From Nitrospirales bacterium (lineage in GTDB: Bacteria; Nitrospirota; Nitrospiria; Nitrospirales; UBA8639), in assembly GCA_963422365.1 (NCBI GenBank), contig OY729426.1, positions 2,016,001 to 2,080,000 on the forward strand: 64,000 nt of DNA. Reading direction: 5' to 3'. A program made the position numbers and the translations under genes. The notes under the pieces were generated by a model. It searched no databases, was not told the origin of the DNA, and saw only the letters and a program-made list of their open reading frames with translations. Numbering within the stretch: position 1 is the first letter of the stretch; the number at the start of each line of letters is the position of its first letter. Of this stretch, positions 31,478 through 41,072 are shown piece by piece.

Positions 31478-32179
31478 TTAAAACAAAAAATTTTCGATTT
31501 TGTCCGGGAGATGACATACTTCACAATCTTTGCTGAGAACCTTGCCTTCAAAGGAAGTCTCGTTGTCATGGCACCGCACACAATCGGCCAATGAAGATTT
31601 CCATAACGCCGAGCCCTCGGGATGTTCAGGATAGTACGGGGTCATGTCCAACTTGACATGACCCCGTGGGAGCACAATGGGATAGCCTTTAAAGGGCTTG
31701 CCGTGGACCACTCGCGCATGACAGGTGGTACAGCCCTCCCCTTGCCCACGTTTGCGAAAGGATTCCATATGTTTTCGGTGACTCATGATTAATCCAACAT
31801 CATCGACAGGCTTCGGCAAGTCTCTCGTGGACACTTCCGACACTCTGAGTATCGCACGATGGCAACTCAAGCAGACATTTGAATCTACGTGCGATTGCAA
31901 GTCATGGGGGTCGATCGGCGTCCCAAACCACGTGATTGCCACATCTTTCAAGCCGGCAAACACTTTATCTTCGATAAATCCTTTGAGGCCCGGACGAACA
32001 TGGCACGCCACGCAGGTGACGTCTCTATGGGACGACATTTTCCAACTTTCGACTGCAGGACGAATGGTATGGCAAGAAGCGCAAAACTCGGGATGATTGG
32101 TAAGTGGAATAGCTGCCGTCCCTGCTACAAAAAGAACCCCGACAGCCACCAAGAGGACGGTTACGGTCCTTCGGTTCAT
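31478..32179 (-). CDS. Membrane-anchored hexaheme cytochrome c (NapC/NirT-like N-terminus)
   Basis: N-terminal TM helix; six CxxCH motifs (CASCH, CVACH, CLSCH, CTTCH, CVRCH, CEVCH). Confidence 0.9.
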   Translation of the reverse strand: MNRRTVTVLLVAVGVLFVAGTAAIPLTNHPEFCASCHTIRPAVESWKMSSHRDVTCVACHVRPGLKGFIEDKVFAGLKDVAITWFGTPIDPHDLQSHVDSNVCLSCHRAILRVSEVSTRDLPKPVDDVGLIMSHRKHMESFRKRGQGEGCTTCHARVVHGKPFKGYPIVLPRGHVKLDMTPYYPEHPEGSALWKSSLADCVRCHDNETSFEGKVLSKDCEVCHLPDKIENFLF

Positions 32180-32180
32180 G

Positions 32181-32681
32181 TTAGGTGGAAGGGGCTGGGT
32201 AATGCTGCATAATCAACTTGGCAAGCGCCGAGATATCATCACGATCAAAGCACGGCACAGACGCTTCTATGGGTTTCATCGAGACAATGGCTAATAACCC
32301 GTCAATGGAGACATCCACTTCTTCAAGTTGTTCACGAACGACGGCAATTTTCGGAGAACCTTCGCTTTTCCACCCTTCCGCAAGAATTAAATCCGTGCGG
32401 CTATAGAGAAACCGATCTCGCACTTCTTCAACCTTCATTTCTTCTGAGACATCGGCAAACATGGCAAGGCTTCCCTTGGAAATCACAATGACGGTATTCG
32501 CACCAGCTTGTTTATGTCGCCAACTATCCTTTCCCTCCGTGTCCAACTCAAACCCATGTCCTGCATGCTTCACGGTTGCCACACGATACCCCGCACGGGT
32601 GAGTTCGGGAATGACCCGTTCAATCAACGTGGTTTTCCCGCTATTCGAACGCCCGACAAAGGAGAGGATCGGTGGTGCCAT
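32181..32681 (-). CDS. mobB: Molybdopterin-guanine dinucleotide biosynthesis protein B
   Basis: GRSNSGKTT, VATVKH, DTEGKDSWRH, LILAEGWK. Confidence 0.93.
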   Translation of the reverse strand: MAPPILSFVGRSNSGKTTLIERVIPELTRAGYRVATVKHAGHGFELDTEGKDSWRHKQAGANTVIVISKGSLAMFADVSEEMKVEEVRDRFLYSRTDLILAEGWKSEGSPKIAVVREQLEEVDVSIDGLLAIVSMKPIEASVPCFDRDDISALAKLIMQHYPAPST

Positions 32682-32684
32682 GGA

Positions 32685-33911
32685 TTAAACATTCTCACTG
32701 AGCACTTGAACGTGAACGGTATCGCCTGGATGAATTTTTTCCACCTCCTCCGGAATATCGATTAACCCGTTGGCCTTGACCATGGACGTCAAAATCCCGG
32801 AACCTTGCGGCCCGGTGGTCCGAACGGTGAGTTTTCCGTTTTTTTGTTCCAGGATTCCTCGAAGGAAATGCCGGCGATCAGGATGCTTGGAAAATTTTTC
32901 TTGGAACTCGGCCTGAACCACTCGACGTACCAAGCGCCGATGGCCTCCCATTTTCATGACCGCCAATCGAACCAACTGTTCAAACGTGACCATGGACGAC
33001 ACAGGATTCCCCGGCAACCCAAAAGCCAATTTGCCTTGGATTATTCCAAAGGCCAACGGTTGTCCAGGGCGAATGGCCAGTTTCCAAAAATGCATGTCGG
33101 CTCCAAGTTCCGCAAAGACGACTTTGGTAAAGTCATAGTCACCCATGGACACACCACCAGAGAGAACCACGATGTCACAGCCTAATCCCTGTGAGATCTT
33201 CGCTTTGAGGGATTGAGGCGTATCCTTGGCAATTCCTAGCAAGAGCGGGATCCCGCCCGCCTCTTGAACTGCCGCCGCGATACCATAGCTATTCGAGTTG
33301 ACGATTTTATTCTCATCGAATCTCTCATCGAGATCAGCGAGTTCATCACCGGTTGAGAGGATAGCCACTCGAGGACGTTGCTGCACCAGCACAAACGATT
33401 TAGCCAAAATCGCGAGCATGCCAATTTCCGCTGGACGCAGGTGTGTACCTTGGGGAATAATGCATTCCCCTTCTTTGACGTCCTCGCCCTTTGGACGAAT
33501 ATTGGCCCCCTGGGGCTCGGGTTGGAAAATCCGAACGCTGGTTTCAGACGGTTCCGTGAATTCGACCCGAACCACGGTATCGGCTCCATTCGGAATCGGG
33601 GCGCCGGTCATGATGCGAATAGCTTCACCGGACCTCACCGATTTTGTAGCAACTTGTCCGGCCTGAACATCTTCCACGATTGTCAATTCCGCCGGCTTGG
33701 TGATTTCATGCTCTTTCTTGATATCTTCCCACCGAACAGCAAACCCATCCATGGCTGAATTGTTCCACGGGGGATTATCTCTTGGTGCCACAATATCCTC
33801 ACCCAAGACCCGTCCTAAGGCATCCAGCAATCCGACTTTCTCGCACCCCAACGAGGTGGCAGCGTCCAGGACAATCTGTTGAGCTTGTGTGAGAGAGGTT
33901 AACCCGTCCAT
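32685..33911 (-). CDS. moeA: Molybdopterin molybdotransferase
   Basis: SAMDGFAV, RIMTGAPIP, STGDEL, SGGVSMGDYD, GLPGNPVS. Confidence 0.96.
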   Translation of the reverse strand: MDGLTSLTQAQQIVLDAATSLGCEKVGLLDALGRVLGEDIVAPRDNPPWNNSAMDGFAVRWEDIKKEHEITKPAELTIVEDVQAGQVATKSVRSGEAIRIMTGAPIPNGADTVVRVEFTEPSETSVRIFQPEPQGANIRPKGEDVKEGECIIPQGTHLRPAEIGMLAILAKSFVLVQQRPRVAILSTGDELADLDERFDENKIVNSNSYGIAAAVQEAGGIPLLLGIAKDTPQSLKAKISQGLGCDIVVLSGGVSMGDYDFTKVVFAELGADMHFWKLAIRPGQPLAFGIIQGKLAFGLPGNPVSSMVTFEQLVRLAVMKMGGHRRLVRRVVQAEFQEKFSKHPDRRHFLRGILEQKNGKLTVRTTGPQGSGILTSMVKANGLIDIPEEVEKIHPGDTVHVQVLSENV

Positions 33912-33924
33912 GATTGTTGCGACT

Positions 33925-34884
33925 CTATTTTTTCTTAAACGGGCTCTTGGTCGCGATTTGCACAAACGACCCTTTTTTCTTGCAAAACTCATCGACTTTA
34001 TTGGCAATCCCGTGATACGCATCAGCTGTCGGCAAATCGGAATGGAACAAAGCATAGGGTTCACCGTAATCGCTTTGCCGCACCACTTCGGGATCGAGTG
34101 GAATTCTTCCTAAAAAAGGCACTCCCATCCCGTGGGCAGACGCTTCTCCTCCACCCATGCGAAAGACTTCGATCCGCTCGTGGCAATGCGGGCAATCGAG
34201 GCCGCTCATATTCTCCACAATGCCGATAATCGGCAATTCACTATCCTTTGCGAAAGTGACGGACTTTCGGGCATCAAGCAAGGCCACCTCTTGTGGGGTC
34301 GAAACGATCACGCACCCGGTCACCTCCCCAATGAGGTCAATCGTTGTGACCGACTCATTCCCCGTTCCAGGTGGAAGATCCACAATGAGAAAATTTAAAT
34401 CCTGCCATTCGACACCGCCTAGCAACTGATTAATGAACTCGAACTTATACGCATCACGCCAAATAATGGGATCATCGGAGTTTTGGAGCAGGAAGGACAT
34501 TGAGGCAATTTTCATATTGTAGGCTTGATGGGGAATAATCCCGCCGCCCGTGCTGATCTTGAGGCGTTGGCCTTCGGCTCCGACCATTTTCGGGATATTG
34601 GGGCCGTGAATGTCCATGTCACAGATGCCCACCTCATAGCCCTTCAACGCCAAGCTCACGGCCAAGTTCGTGGAGACGGTGCTTTTGCCTACCCCGCCTT
34701 TATTACTCATGACAAGGATCTTATAGTCAATTCGCTCCATGCGTTTGGCCACCAACCATCGGCTATGCCCTTCCTTATCCTTTTGGCATGTTTCATTCTC
34801 GTCACAAATCGCGCATGCCCACATATACGTACAGGAATCGCCTTGTGTCGTTGAGGGTTCAAACATTTTCAATTCAGCACTCAT
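33925..34884 (-). CDS. mrp: Mrp/NBP35 (ApbC) Fe-S cluster carrier ATPase
   Basis: SNKGGVGKST, DLPPGTG, ENMS..CPHC; N-terminal Cx5Cx2Cx5C motif. Confidence 0.92.
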   Translation of the reverse strand: MSAELKMFEPSTTQGDSCTYMWACAICDENETCQKDKEGHSRWLVAKRMERIDYKILVMSNKGGVGKSTVSTNLAVSLALKGYEVGICDMDIHGPNIPKMVGAEGQRLKISTGGGIIPHQAYNMKIASMSFLLQNSDDPIIWRDAYKFEFINQLLGGVEWQDLNFLIVDLPPGTGNESVTTIDLIGEVTGCVIVSTPQEVALLDARKSVTFAKDSELPIIGIVENMSGLDCPHCHERIEVFRMGGGEASAHGMGVPFLGRIPLDPEVVRQSDYGEPYALFHSDLPTADAYHGIANKVDEFCKKKGSFVQIATKSPFKKK

Positions 34885-34959
34885 GAAGACCTCCATGTCT
34901 GCTGTCGCGACTAATGAGAACCATGGGTTACTCCTAACTTTCCTGCCTCTCCAGGATGA

Positions 34960-35439
34960 TCAACGCGGAGAGACGCTCGATATTTTTTGAACCGTATGAT
35001 CAAGAATCGGAAGAAACGTCGATAAATTTTCTATCGCCCCTTGGGGATTACCCGGAAGATTGATCACCATGGTCGTGCCGCGAATCCCGGCTGTTCCTCG
35101 AGACAGCATAGCCGTCTTCATTTTTTTAAGACTTTCCGCCCTCATGGCTTCCCCAATGCCGGGTATTTCTTTCTCGATGATATCCCGCGTCGCTTCCGGA
35201 GCCCAATCCGTCGGCCGAACTCCTGTTCCTCCTATGGTGAAAATCACCTGAAGATCTTGTTTGTCACAAAGGCTCACCAAATGCTTGCGAATCGTCTCGC
35301 GATCGTCCGGCACGACTTCATACCCGACAAGATGAACAGCATGGTCTTGTAGATACTGACTAAGGCGTTCTTCTCCACTATCTTCTACTTCTCCAGAACA
35401 GACTTGACTATTGATTACCAATACCGCGACATCAATCAT
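34960..35439 (-). CDS. mogA: MogA/MoaB molybdopterin adenylyltransferase
   Basis: VVPDD, GGTG..PTDWAPEAT, PGIGEAMR, INLPGNP. Confidence 0.9.
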   Translation of the reverse strand: MIDVAVLVINSQVCSGEVEDSGEERLSQYLQDHAVHLVGYEVVPDDRETIRKHLVSLCDKQDLQVIFTIGGTGVRPTDWAPEATRDIIEKEIPGIGEAMRAESLKKMKTAMLSRGTAGIRGTTMVINLPGNPQGAIENLSTFLPILDHTVQKISSVSPR

Positions 35440-35461
35440 ATGGCCACGTCAAGGTAAACGA

Positions 35462-36400
35462 CTAGGGTACACCCACGTACTCATCATCAGGGCCATGTGA
35501 CCCCGTTGCCGTTTTGGGTTGCAGGACACCAGCGCCTTTTGACGAAGGACTTGCGCCAAGATCCTCTTCCGCTTCACCTGCCTCGTCCGTTGGTTTTTTC
35601 TTAAAAAATCCGGCGCTGATAATTCCGACTTCATAGAAAAAGTACATCGGCAGAGCCATTAAACATTGATTGAAGGGATCAGGAGTCGGCGTTAAGAGTG
35701 CCGCAAAAAGAAACGACCCCAAAAATGCCCATTTTCGGTATTTTTTCAAAAATGGCGCATCGATCCATCCCAATTTGGCCATGAGCGTGAGTGCCAGTGG
35801 CACTTCAAAAGTCAAACCGAAGACCACCAAGAACCATAGAGCAAATCCCACATAATTGGCAATCGACAATTGCGGAATGAACCCTGCCTGTACGCCGTAG
35901 GAAATCAAAAAATTCAGGGCGAACGGCAAAACAAAAAAGAAACAAAATCCTAATCCTAAATAAAAAGCGAGGGCGCTCGTCATGACAAACGGCGCCACAA
36001 ACCGGCGCTCCTGCACATGCAAGCCTGGAACCACAAACGCCCATATTTCCCACAGGAGATAGGGCGTTGCAAGCGCCACGGCAAACAGGGCCGCCACTTT
36101 GAGGTTCTGCCATAAGGCTTCAGCCGGAGACAAAAAGATAAATGGAATTTTCGGCAGGTCAGTCGAAACCCATTCCAGGGATCCGGGAACGAACATATTC
36201 TGCAATGGAATACGCAACCACTGCACTAACGTATCGGCGTAGAAAAACGTCCCGACGAACAACAAGGCGACAACCACAACCGCTTTCGTCAACCTTGCTT
36301 GAAATTCAAACAAGTGCTGCATGACCGGCATCTTTTTATCCTCGAGAGGATTAAAGACCTTGTCCTGCATCCACTTTGTAAATTTTGATTGTTCTGCCAT
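35462..36400 (-). CDS. tatC: Twin-arginine translocase subunit TatC (copy 1)
   Basis: MPVMQHLFEF, WAFVVPGL, FEVPL, LTPTPDPFNQ. Confidence 0.92.
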   Translation of the reverse strand: MAEQSKFTKWMQDKVFNPLEDKKMPVMQHLFEFQARLTKAVVVVALLFVGTFFYADTLVQWLRIPLQNMFVPGSLEWVSTDLPKIPFIFLSPAEALWQNLKVAALFAVALATPYLLWEIWAFVVPGLHVQERRFVAPFVMTSALAFYLGLGFCFFFVLPFALNFLISYGVQAGFIPQLSIANYVGFALWFLVVFGLTFEVPLALTLMAKLGWIDAPFLKKYRKWAFLGSFLFAALLTPTPDPFNQCLMALPMYFFYEVGIISAGFFKKKPTDEAGEAEEDLGASPSSKGAGVLQPKTATGSHGPDDEYVGVP

Positions 36401-36479
36401 GTCTTAGTACAACTATTCGCGTCGGCTCCGAAGCCCCATCAACAATGGCCGTGGCTCAGCAGGAAACCACCTTGCAACC

Positions 36480-37958
36480 TTATTGGGGATTGACTGCCAC
36501 AAAGAGATTATTTCCTCTCCGGCTTAACAAGAGAACGACCAACTCCTTTTTTTCAATCATCGAGGCAACCTGTTGATAATCGGCCAGACTCTTCACAACT
36601 TCTCGATTGACTTCTTGAATAATGTCTCCTTGTTGTAACCCCGCTGCTTCTGCGGCACTGCCGGGTTTCACTTCATTCACGACGACGCCGGCAACCTCTT
36701 GAGGGAGATTCAGCTGCTGCCTTCGTTCATCCGTCAACTGTCCGACATCCAGACCGGCAAGAACATTGTCGAGTTTATCCAATGCCAGAGGCGGAGAGGG
36801 GCTTTTGCCACTGGCAAGCATCTCATCCATTGGCCGTTCTCCCACTTTGAGAGTCAGCGTCTTTTTTTCACCATTGCGTAAGATGGTGATTTCGACTTCA
36901 AAGCCGACTGGAGTCCGGGCGACGATGTTTCGGAGGTGATTGACATCCCGAATGTTTTCACCACGGTATTCGAGCAAAACATCTCCTCGTTGCAAGACTC
37001 CTCCCGCAGATGGGCCCTTTTCATTCACTTCACTGATCAGCACCCCACCCTGATGGGATTCCGGCAACTGAAAAGACTGCGCCAGGGCCGGTGTCAACTC
37101 TTGAATCGCAATCCCCATCCAACCTCGTACAACTCGTCCGCTCTTGATCAGGCTACCCGTAATATCCTTCACAATATCAACGGGAATGGCAAACCCAATC
37201 CCTTCTGAGCCACCGGTACGAGAAAAAATGGCGGTATTGATGCCAACAATTTCACCCGCCATATTCACAAGAGGACCGCCGGAATTACCGGGATTAATCG
37301 GCGCATCGGTTTGGATGAAATTCTCGTATTCCGTGATTCCGACATTTCCACGGCCCAGAGCACTGATAATGCCCATCGTAACGGATGACTTCAACCCAAA
37401 AGGACTCCCTACGGCTAACACCAAATCACCCACTCTGATCGTCTCGTGCGCACTCCATGGAATGAACGGAAGATTGTCTCCGTCAATTTTGATCACAGCT
37501 AGGTCAGTTTTCGGATCAGTCCCAACGACTTTCGCCACGAATTCTTTCCCATCAAAAGCCGTTACTGTAATGTCCGTGGAATTTTCTACGACGTGGTTGT
37601 TGGTCACAATATACCCTTCTTGACTGATAATGACTCCGGACCCGGCACTCATGCCTGGGGGGCCAGGGGGTCTTCCTGGAGGGCCAGGGGGTGGCATAGG
37701 AGGACCGGGCGGGCCACCAAAAGGTCCCGGAGGTAACCGTCTGGGTCCTCTGGACTTGGCCGATTCTGAAACCGCGACATTCACCACGGCGGGTTGCACT
37801 TTCGCAACGATATCGGAGAATCCCCGGCTAAAGGCCTCGGGTACCGTTGCCGTCGCAGGCTGAGACGGAAAAACGGCAATGATCCCCACGAAGGCCAGTA
37901 GGGTGAGAACGAATGAACCTTTTCCCTTGCGACATCCCTGTAAAGTTTTCATAATCAT
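36480..37958 (-). CDS. Do/DegP-family periplasmic serine protease, 2 PDZ domains
   Basis: Signal peptide, TNNHVV, DLAVIK, GNSGGPL, two PDZ domains. Confidence 0.94.
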   Translation of the reverse strand: MIMKTLQGCRKGKGSFVLTLLAFVGIIAVFPSQPATATVPEAFSRGFSDIVAKVQPAVVNVAVSESAKSRGPRRLPPGPFGGPPGPPMPPPGPPGRPPGPPGMSAGSGVIISQEGYIVTNNHVVENSTDITVTAFDGKEFVAKVVGTDPKTDLAVIKIDGDNLPFIPWSAHETIRVGDLVLAVGSPFGLKSSVTMGIISALGRGNVGITEYENFIQTDAPINPGNSGGPLVNMAGEIVGINTAIFSRTGGSEGIGFAIPVDIVKDITGSLIKSGRVVRGWMGIAIQELTPALAQSFQLPESHQGGVLISEVNEKGPSAGGVLQRGDVLLEYRGENIRDVNHLRNIVARTPVGFEVEITILRNGEKKTLTLKVGERPMDEMLASGKSPSPPLALDKLDNVLAGLDVGQLTDERRQQLNLPQEVAGVVVNEVKPGSAAEAAGLQQGDIIQEVNREVVKSLADYQQVASMIEKKELVVLLLSRRGNNLFVAVNPQ

Positions 37959-38231
37959 AAAAAATTATCCTTTAAAGTTAATAGCTCAAGTCAGCACCAA
38001 CGCGTGAGGGAAAGTCCCCGCCCATGGAACCTCCTCGCCGTTTCCCCGAAAGACCATTACAATACTCATTTAAACGATTTTACACTAATCCCTTCCGGCT
38101 CTTCAAAGGCAAATAGAGAACGCCTTGAAAGGGAGCGGGAAAGCAAAATTACGCCTCTCGCCATGATCCATGTGTTGTTGGGTCCTTTACTGGGTCGGAG
38201 TGGCTTTCACGTCTTGAGGTCCTTTGAACAT

Positions 38232-39188
38232 ATGCGTGCGCTGACCTTACGTTCTGTCTTGGAATATTGCGATCAGTATCCCATGCCCGCGCCCACCAAC
38301 GGAGAAGCCGTCGTTCAAGTCCTCCAGGCAGGCATCTGCGCCACGGATTTGCAATTGGTGCAGGGCTATATGGGCTTCCAAGGAGTGCCGGGGCATGAAT
38401 TTGTCGGAATCGTCGAAGAGGCACCGCGCCATCTAGACCTCATCGGAAAGCGTGTCGTCGGTGCAATCAACGCGGCCTGTCGGGTCTGTCCGATCTGCCA
38501 AGCCGGAAGACCAACTCATTGTCCATATCGAACGACCTTGGGGATCGATCGCCGAGATGGAGCCTTTGCCGATTTTCTCTCCCTGCCGGCCGAAAATCTC
38601 TATCCCCTTCCTGATGAGATCACCAATGATCAAGCCGTCTTTACGGAACCCCTTGCCGCGGCTTGTCAAATTCTTGAACAGATTTCTATCAACGCGACGG
38701 ACCGAGTCCTGGTCATCGGTGATGGAAAACTGGGGTTGTTCTGTGCCCAAGTCTTGCATCGCACCCACTGCAGCTTAACGGTCTTGGGACGTCATCCGGA
38801 AAAACTGCTGATCCTTGCTTCTCGTGGCATTCAGACGAGTCACGATCCCCAATCGCTTTCTCCCGGATTCGATATCGTGGTAGAGGTAGCCGGTACGCCC
38901 GATGGATTCGCATTGGCTTGTGAATACATACGCCCCAGGGGAACCATTGTGCTCAAATCAACCTGCCATCAGCAAACCACCGTCGACATGACCTCACTCG
39001 TGATTCATGAAATCACCGTGGTGGGGTCGCGATGCGGTCCGTTCCAGCCAGCAATTGCGCTGCTTCGGGAAAACGCCATTGACGTGCAATCACTCATCCA
39101 CAAACGCTTTCCGATTGAACGAGGAACGGACGCCTTTGCCTACGCGGCAACCAAAGGTGTGTTGAAGGTGCTCTTGGAAATGTCGTAA
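38232..39188 (+). CDS. Zinc-binding alcohol dehydrogenase family protein
   Basis: GICATD, GHEFVG, structural Zn CxxCxxC...C, GDGKLG. Confidence 0.92.
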   Translation: MRALTLRSVLEYCDQYPMPAPTNGEAVVQVLQAGICATDLQLVQGYMGFQGVPGHEFVGIVEEAPRHLDLIGKRVVGAINAACRVCPICQAGRPTHCPYRTTLGIDRRDGAFADFLSLPAENLYPLPDEITNDQAVFTEPLAAACQILEQISINATDRVLVIGDGKLGLFCAQVLHRTHCSLTVLGRHPEKLLILASRGIQTSHDPQSLSPGFDIVVEVAGTPDGFALACEYIRPRGTIVLKSTCHQQTTVDMTSLVIHEITVVGSRCGPFQPAIALLRENAIDVQSLIHKRFPIERGTDAFAYAATKGVLKVLLEMS

Positions 39189-39281
39189 GAGAGCCGTCGC
39201 AGTCAGCGGCTTGCTCGACAAGGGGACAGGCAGCCTCTTTGCCAACCCGTGATCCTATGTTAGGATCCCATTGCGAGACGA

Positions 39282-39356
39282 GCTGGCGTAGCTCAATGGC
39301 AGAGCAGTGGTTTTGTAAACCACAGGTTGGAGGTTCGATTCCTCTCGCCAGCTCCA
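39282..39356 (+). tRNA. tRNA-Thr (anticodon UGU)
   Basis: GCTGGCG/CGCCAGC acceptor stem, anticodon arm GTGGT-TTTGTAA-ACCAC, GGTTCGATTCC T-loop, encoded CCA. Confidence 0.97.
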
Positions 39357-39449
39357 TTTTTTCTTCCTTTGCTTTCCAGGCTTTTTTGCCCCATCAATTT
39401 TTTAAACATGATGCAGGCTGCTCATTCTTCTTTTCTTGTGATCCCCGCC

Positions 39450-39968
39450 TTATGACGCAAGCATCACGGTCATTTCAATGCGTTCGAGCGGATTGTCACG
39501 ACCATCGCGCTTGGCCCCGACGACGCGATCAACAATTTCCATCCCGCTGACCACTTCTCCAAATGCCGTATATTGGCCATCGAGAAACAGCGAGTCGGCA
39601 ACGCAAACAAAAAACTGTGATCCGGCACTATCCGGGTCTTGAGCCCGAGCCATCGAGAGCACACCTCGCTTGTGTTGTGTGTGGTTCAATTCCGCCTTAA
39701 TGTGATACCCGGGCCCGCCCATCCCATGATTCGAGCGATCGAGGCCTTTGCTGTTCGGGTCGCCACCTTGGATCATGAATCCAGGTATGACTCGATGAAA
39801 CGTGGTGCCATCGTAAAAGTTTTCCGACGCAAGTTTGCAAAAGTTCCTGGCATGATTCGGAGCCACATCCGTATAAAATTTCAAAACAATGTCTCCCCAC
39901 GCCTCTTCTTGAGAGGTCACAGCAAGAATGGCACGAGTGGTTGTGCTGACCTCGATCATCTCGGGCAT
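39450..39968 (-). CDS. Cyclophilin-type peptidyl-prolyl isomerase
   Basis: FYDGTTFHRVIPGFMIQGGD, LSMARA, SAGSQFF. Confidence 0.95.
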   Translation of the reverse strand: MPEMIEVSTTTRAILAVTSQEEAWGDIVLKFYTDVAPNHARNFCKLASENFYDGTTFHRVIPGFMIQGGDPNSKGLDRSNHGMGGPGYHIKAELNHTQHKRGVLSMARAQDPDSAGSQFFVCVADSLFLDGQYTAFGEVVSGMEIVDRVVGAKRDGRDNPLERIEMTVMLAS

Positions 39969-39980
39969 ATAGGTCTCCTT

Positions 39981-41036
39981 TCAAAAATAAGGCCGCGGCA
40001 CAGCATGGTAAATGCCAAGTTTTTCGCTGATGTTGACCCAATGGTTACCGGCGTCTTGACTGCGAAAAGCGCCTGCGTTGGTCCCGACGTACAATTCACC
40101 CTCCGAAGAGGCCATCAGGACCTGGATCGATAATTCGGTTAACCCATTATTCACCGACACCCATTCGGAATTTTGAAAATTATTCTTAAAGATTCCTCGA
40201 CCGGTGGCGACATAGAGTGCCGCCCCCGTGGCAACGATGCCACGAATCGAATCATTTGGCAGCGAACGGCCGATCGGTTGCCACGTCTTCCCTAGATCCT
40301 TGCTTCGATAAATACCCCCATCTTGGGTACCCACGTACAAATGTTGTTGAGGGCTCACCGTCGTCACGCGAATAAACGTATGGGTCAGACGTTCCTTGGG
40401 ATCCACCAGCGGATCACCCACCTTTTCCCATCGGACCGTGCCGTGTTTGGTGGCATCGACCTGATACAGCCCCTTGCCGGCGGTTCCAGCGAATAATTGA
40501 AACGTATGCGTCATCGCCAGGCTTGCAATGAGTGTCTGATCGAGACCAAGTGCCACGGCAGACCATTTTTGAGCGGCTTCGTCCCATTGGTAGACGCCTT
40601 TCCCCGTGCCTGCATAAATGGTCCCGTGATGAGTCAAGAGGGATTTGACCTCTACATGTTTTAACCCGGCCTTAATCGATTCCCACGTTTTTCCATCTTC
40701 TTTTGTTCGAAAGACCCCACCCCGTACCGTTCCAGCGTACACCGTCCCGTTCTCATCCGCACTCAAACATAAAATAAAGCGATTGCCTAACCCGGCCTTA
40801 ATCGATTCCCACGTCTCGCCGTCATCATCACTAAAAAACACTCCGAAGCCAAACGAACCGGCATAGAGCATCCCCCCACCCGTCGTCGCCAAAGCTTGGA
40901 TACTCGGCGGCACACCACCGTCGCGTTCAAACGGATTGGGATGCCCCTGTTCTTCACCGAAACAGGGAGCTCCTCCCCACAAAATGAAGAACGCGAACAG
41001 GGAGAACACTACACGGAACGAAACGTGCGACCTCAC
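39981..41036 (-). CDS. Secreted beta-propeller repeat protein (YCF48/BNR-like)
   Basis: Signal peptide; repeated LYAGT..GG.F.S.D.G.TW blades. Confidence 0.85.
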   Translation of the reverse strand: MRSHVSFRVVFSLFAFFILWGGAPCFGEEQGHPNPFERDGGVPPSIQALATTGGGMLYAGSFGFGVFFSDDDGETWESIKAGLGNRFILCLSADENGTVYAGTVRGGVFRTKEDGKTWESIKAGLKHVEVKSLLTHHGTIYAGTGKGVYQWDEAAQKWSAVALGLDQTLIASLAMTHTFQLFAGTAGKGLYQVDATKHGTVRWEKVGDPLVDPKERLTHTFIRVTTVSPQQHLYVGTQDGGIYRSKDLGKTWQPIGRSLPNDSIRGIVATGAALYVATGRGIFKNNFQNSEWVSVNNGLTELSIQVLMASSEGELYVGTNAGAFRSQDAGNHWVNISEKLGIYHAVPRPYF

Positions 41037-41072
41037 AGGGCGACCTGCAGGGCAAGAAACCGGTAGGTTTGC

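Noticed and set aside
37650..37740. PPG-rich stretch in the DegP-like protease as a collagen-like domain
   Set aside because: Short, irregular low-complexity linker in a normally variable loop.
39282..39356. tRNA-Thr as an island integration site
   Set aside because: No integrase, no duplicated tRNA 3' end seen, and the flanks are core genes.
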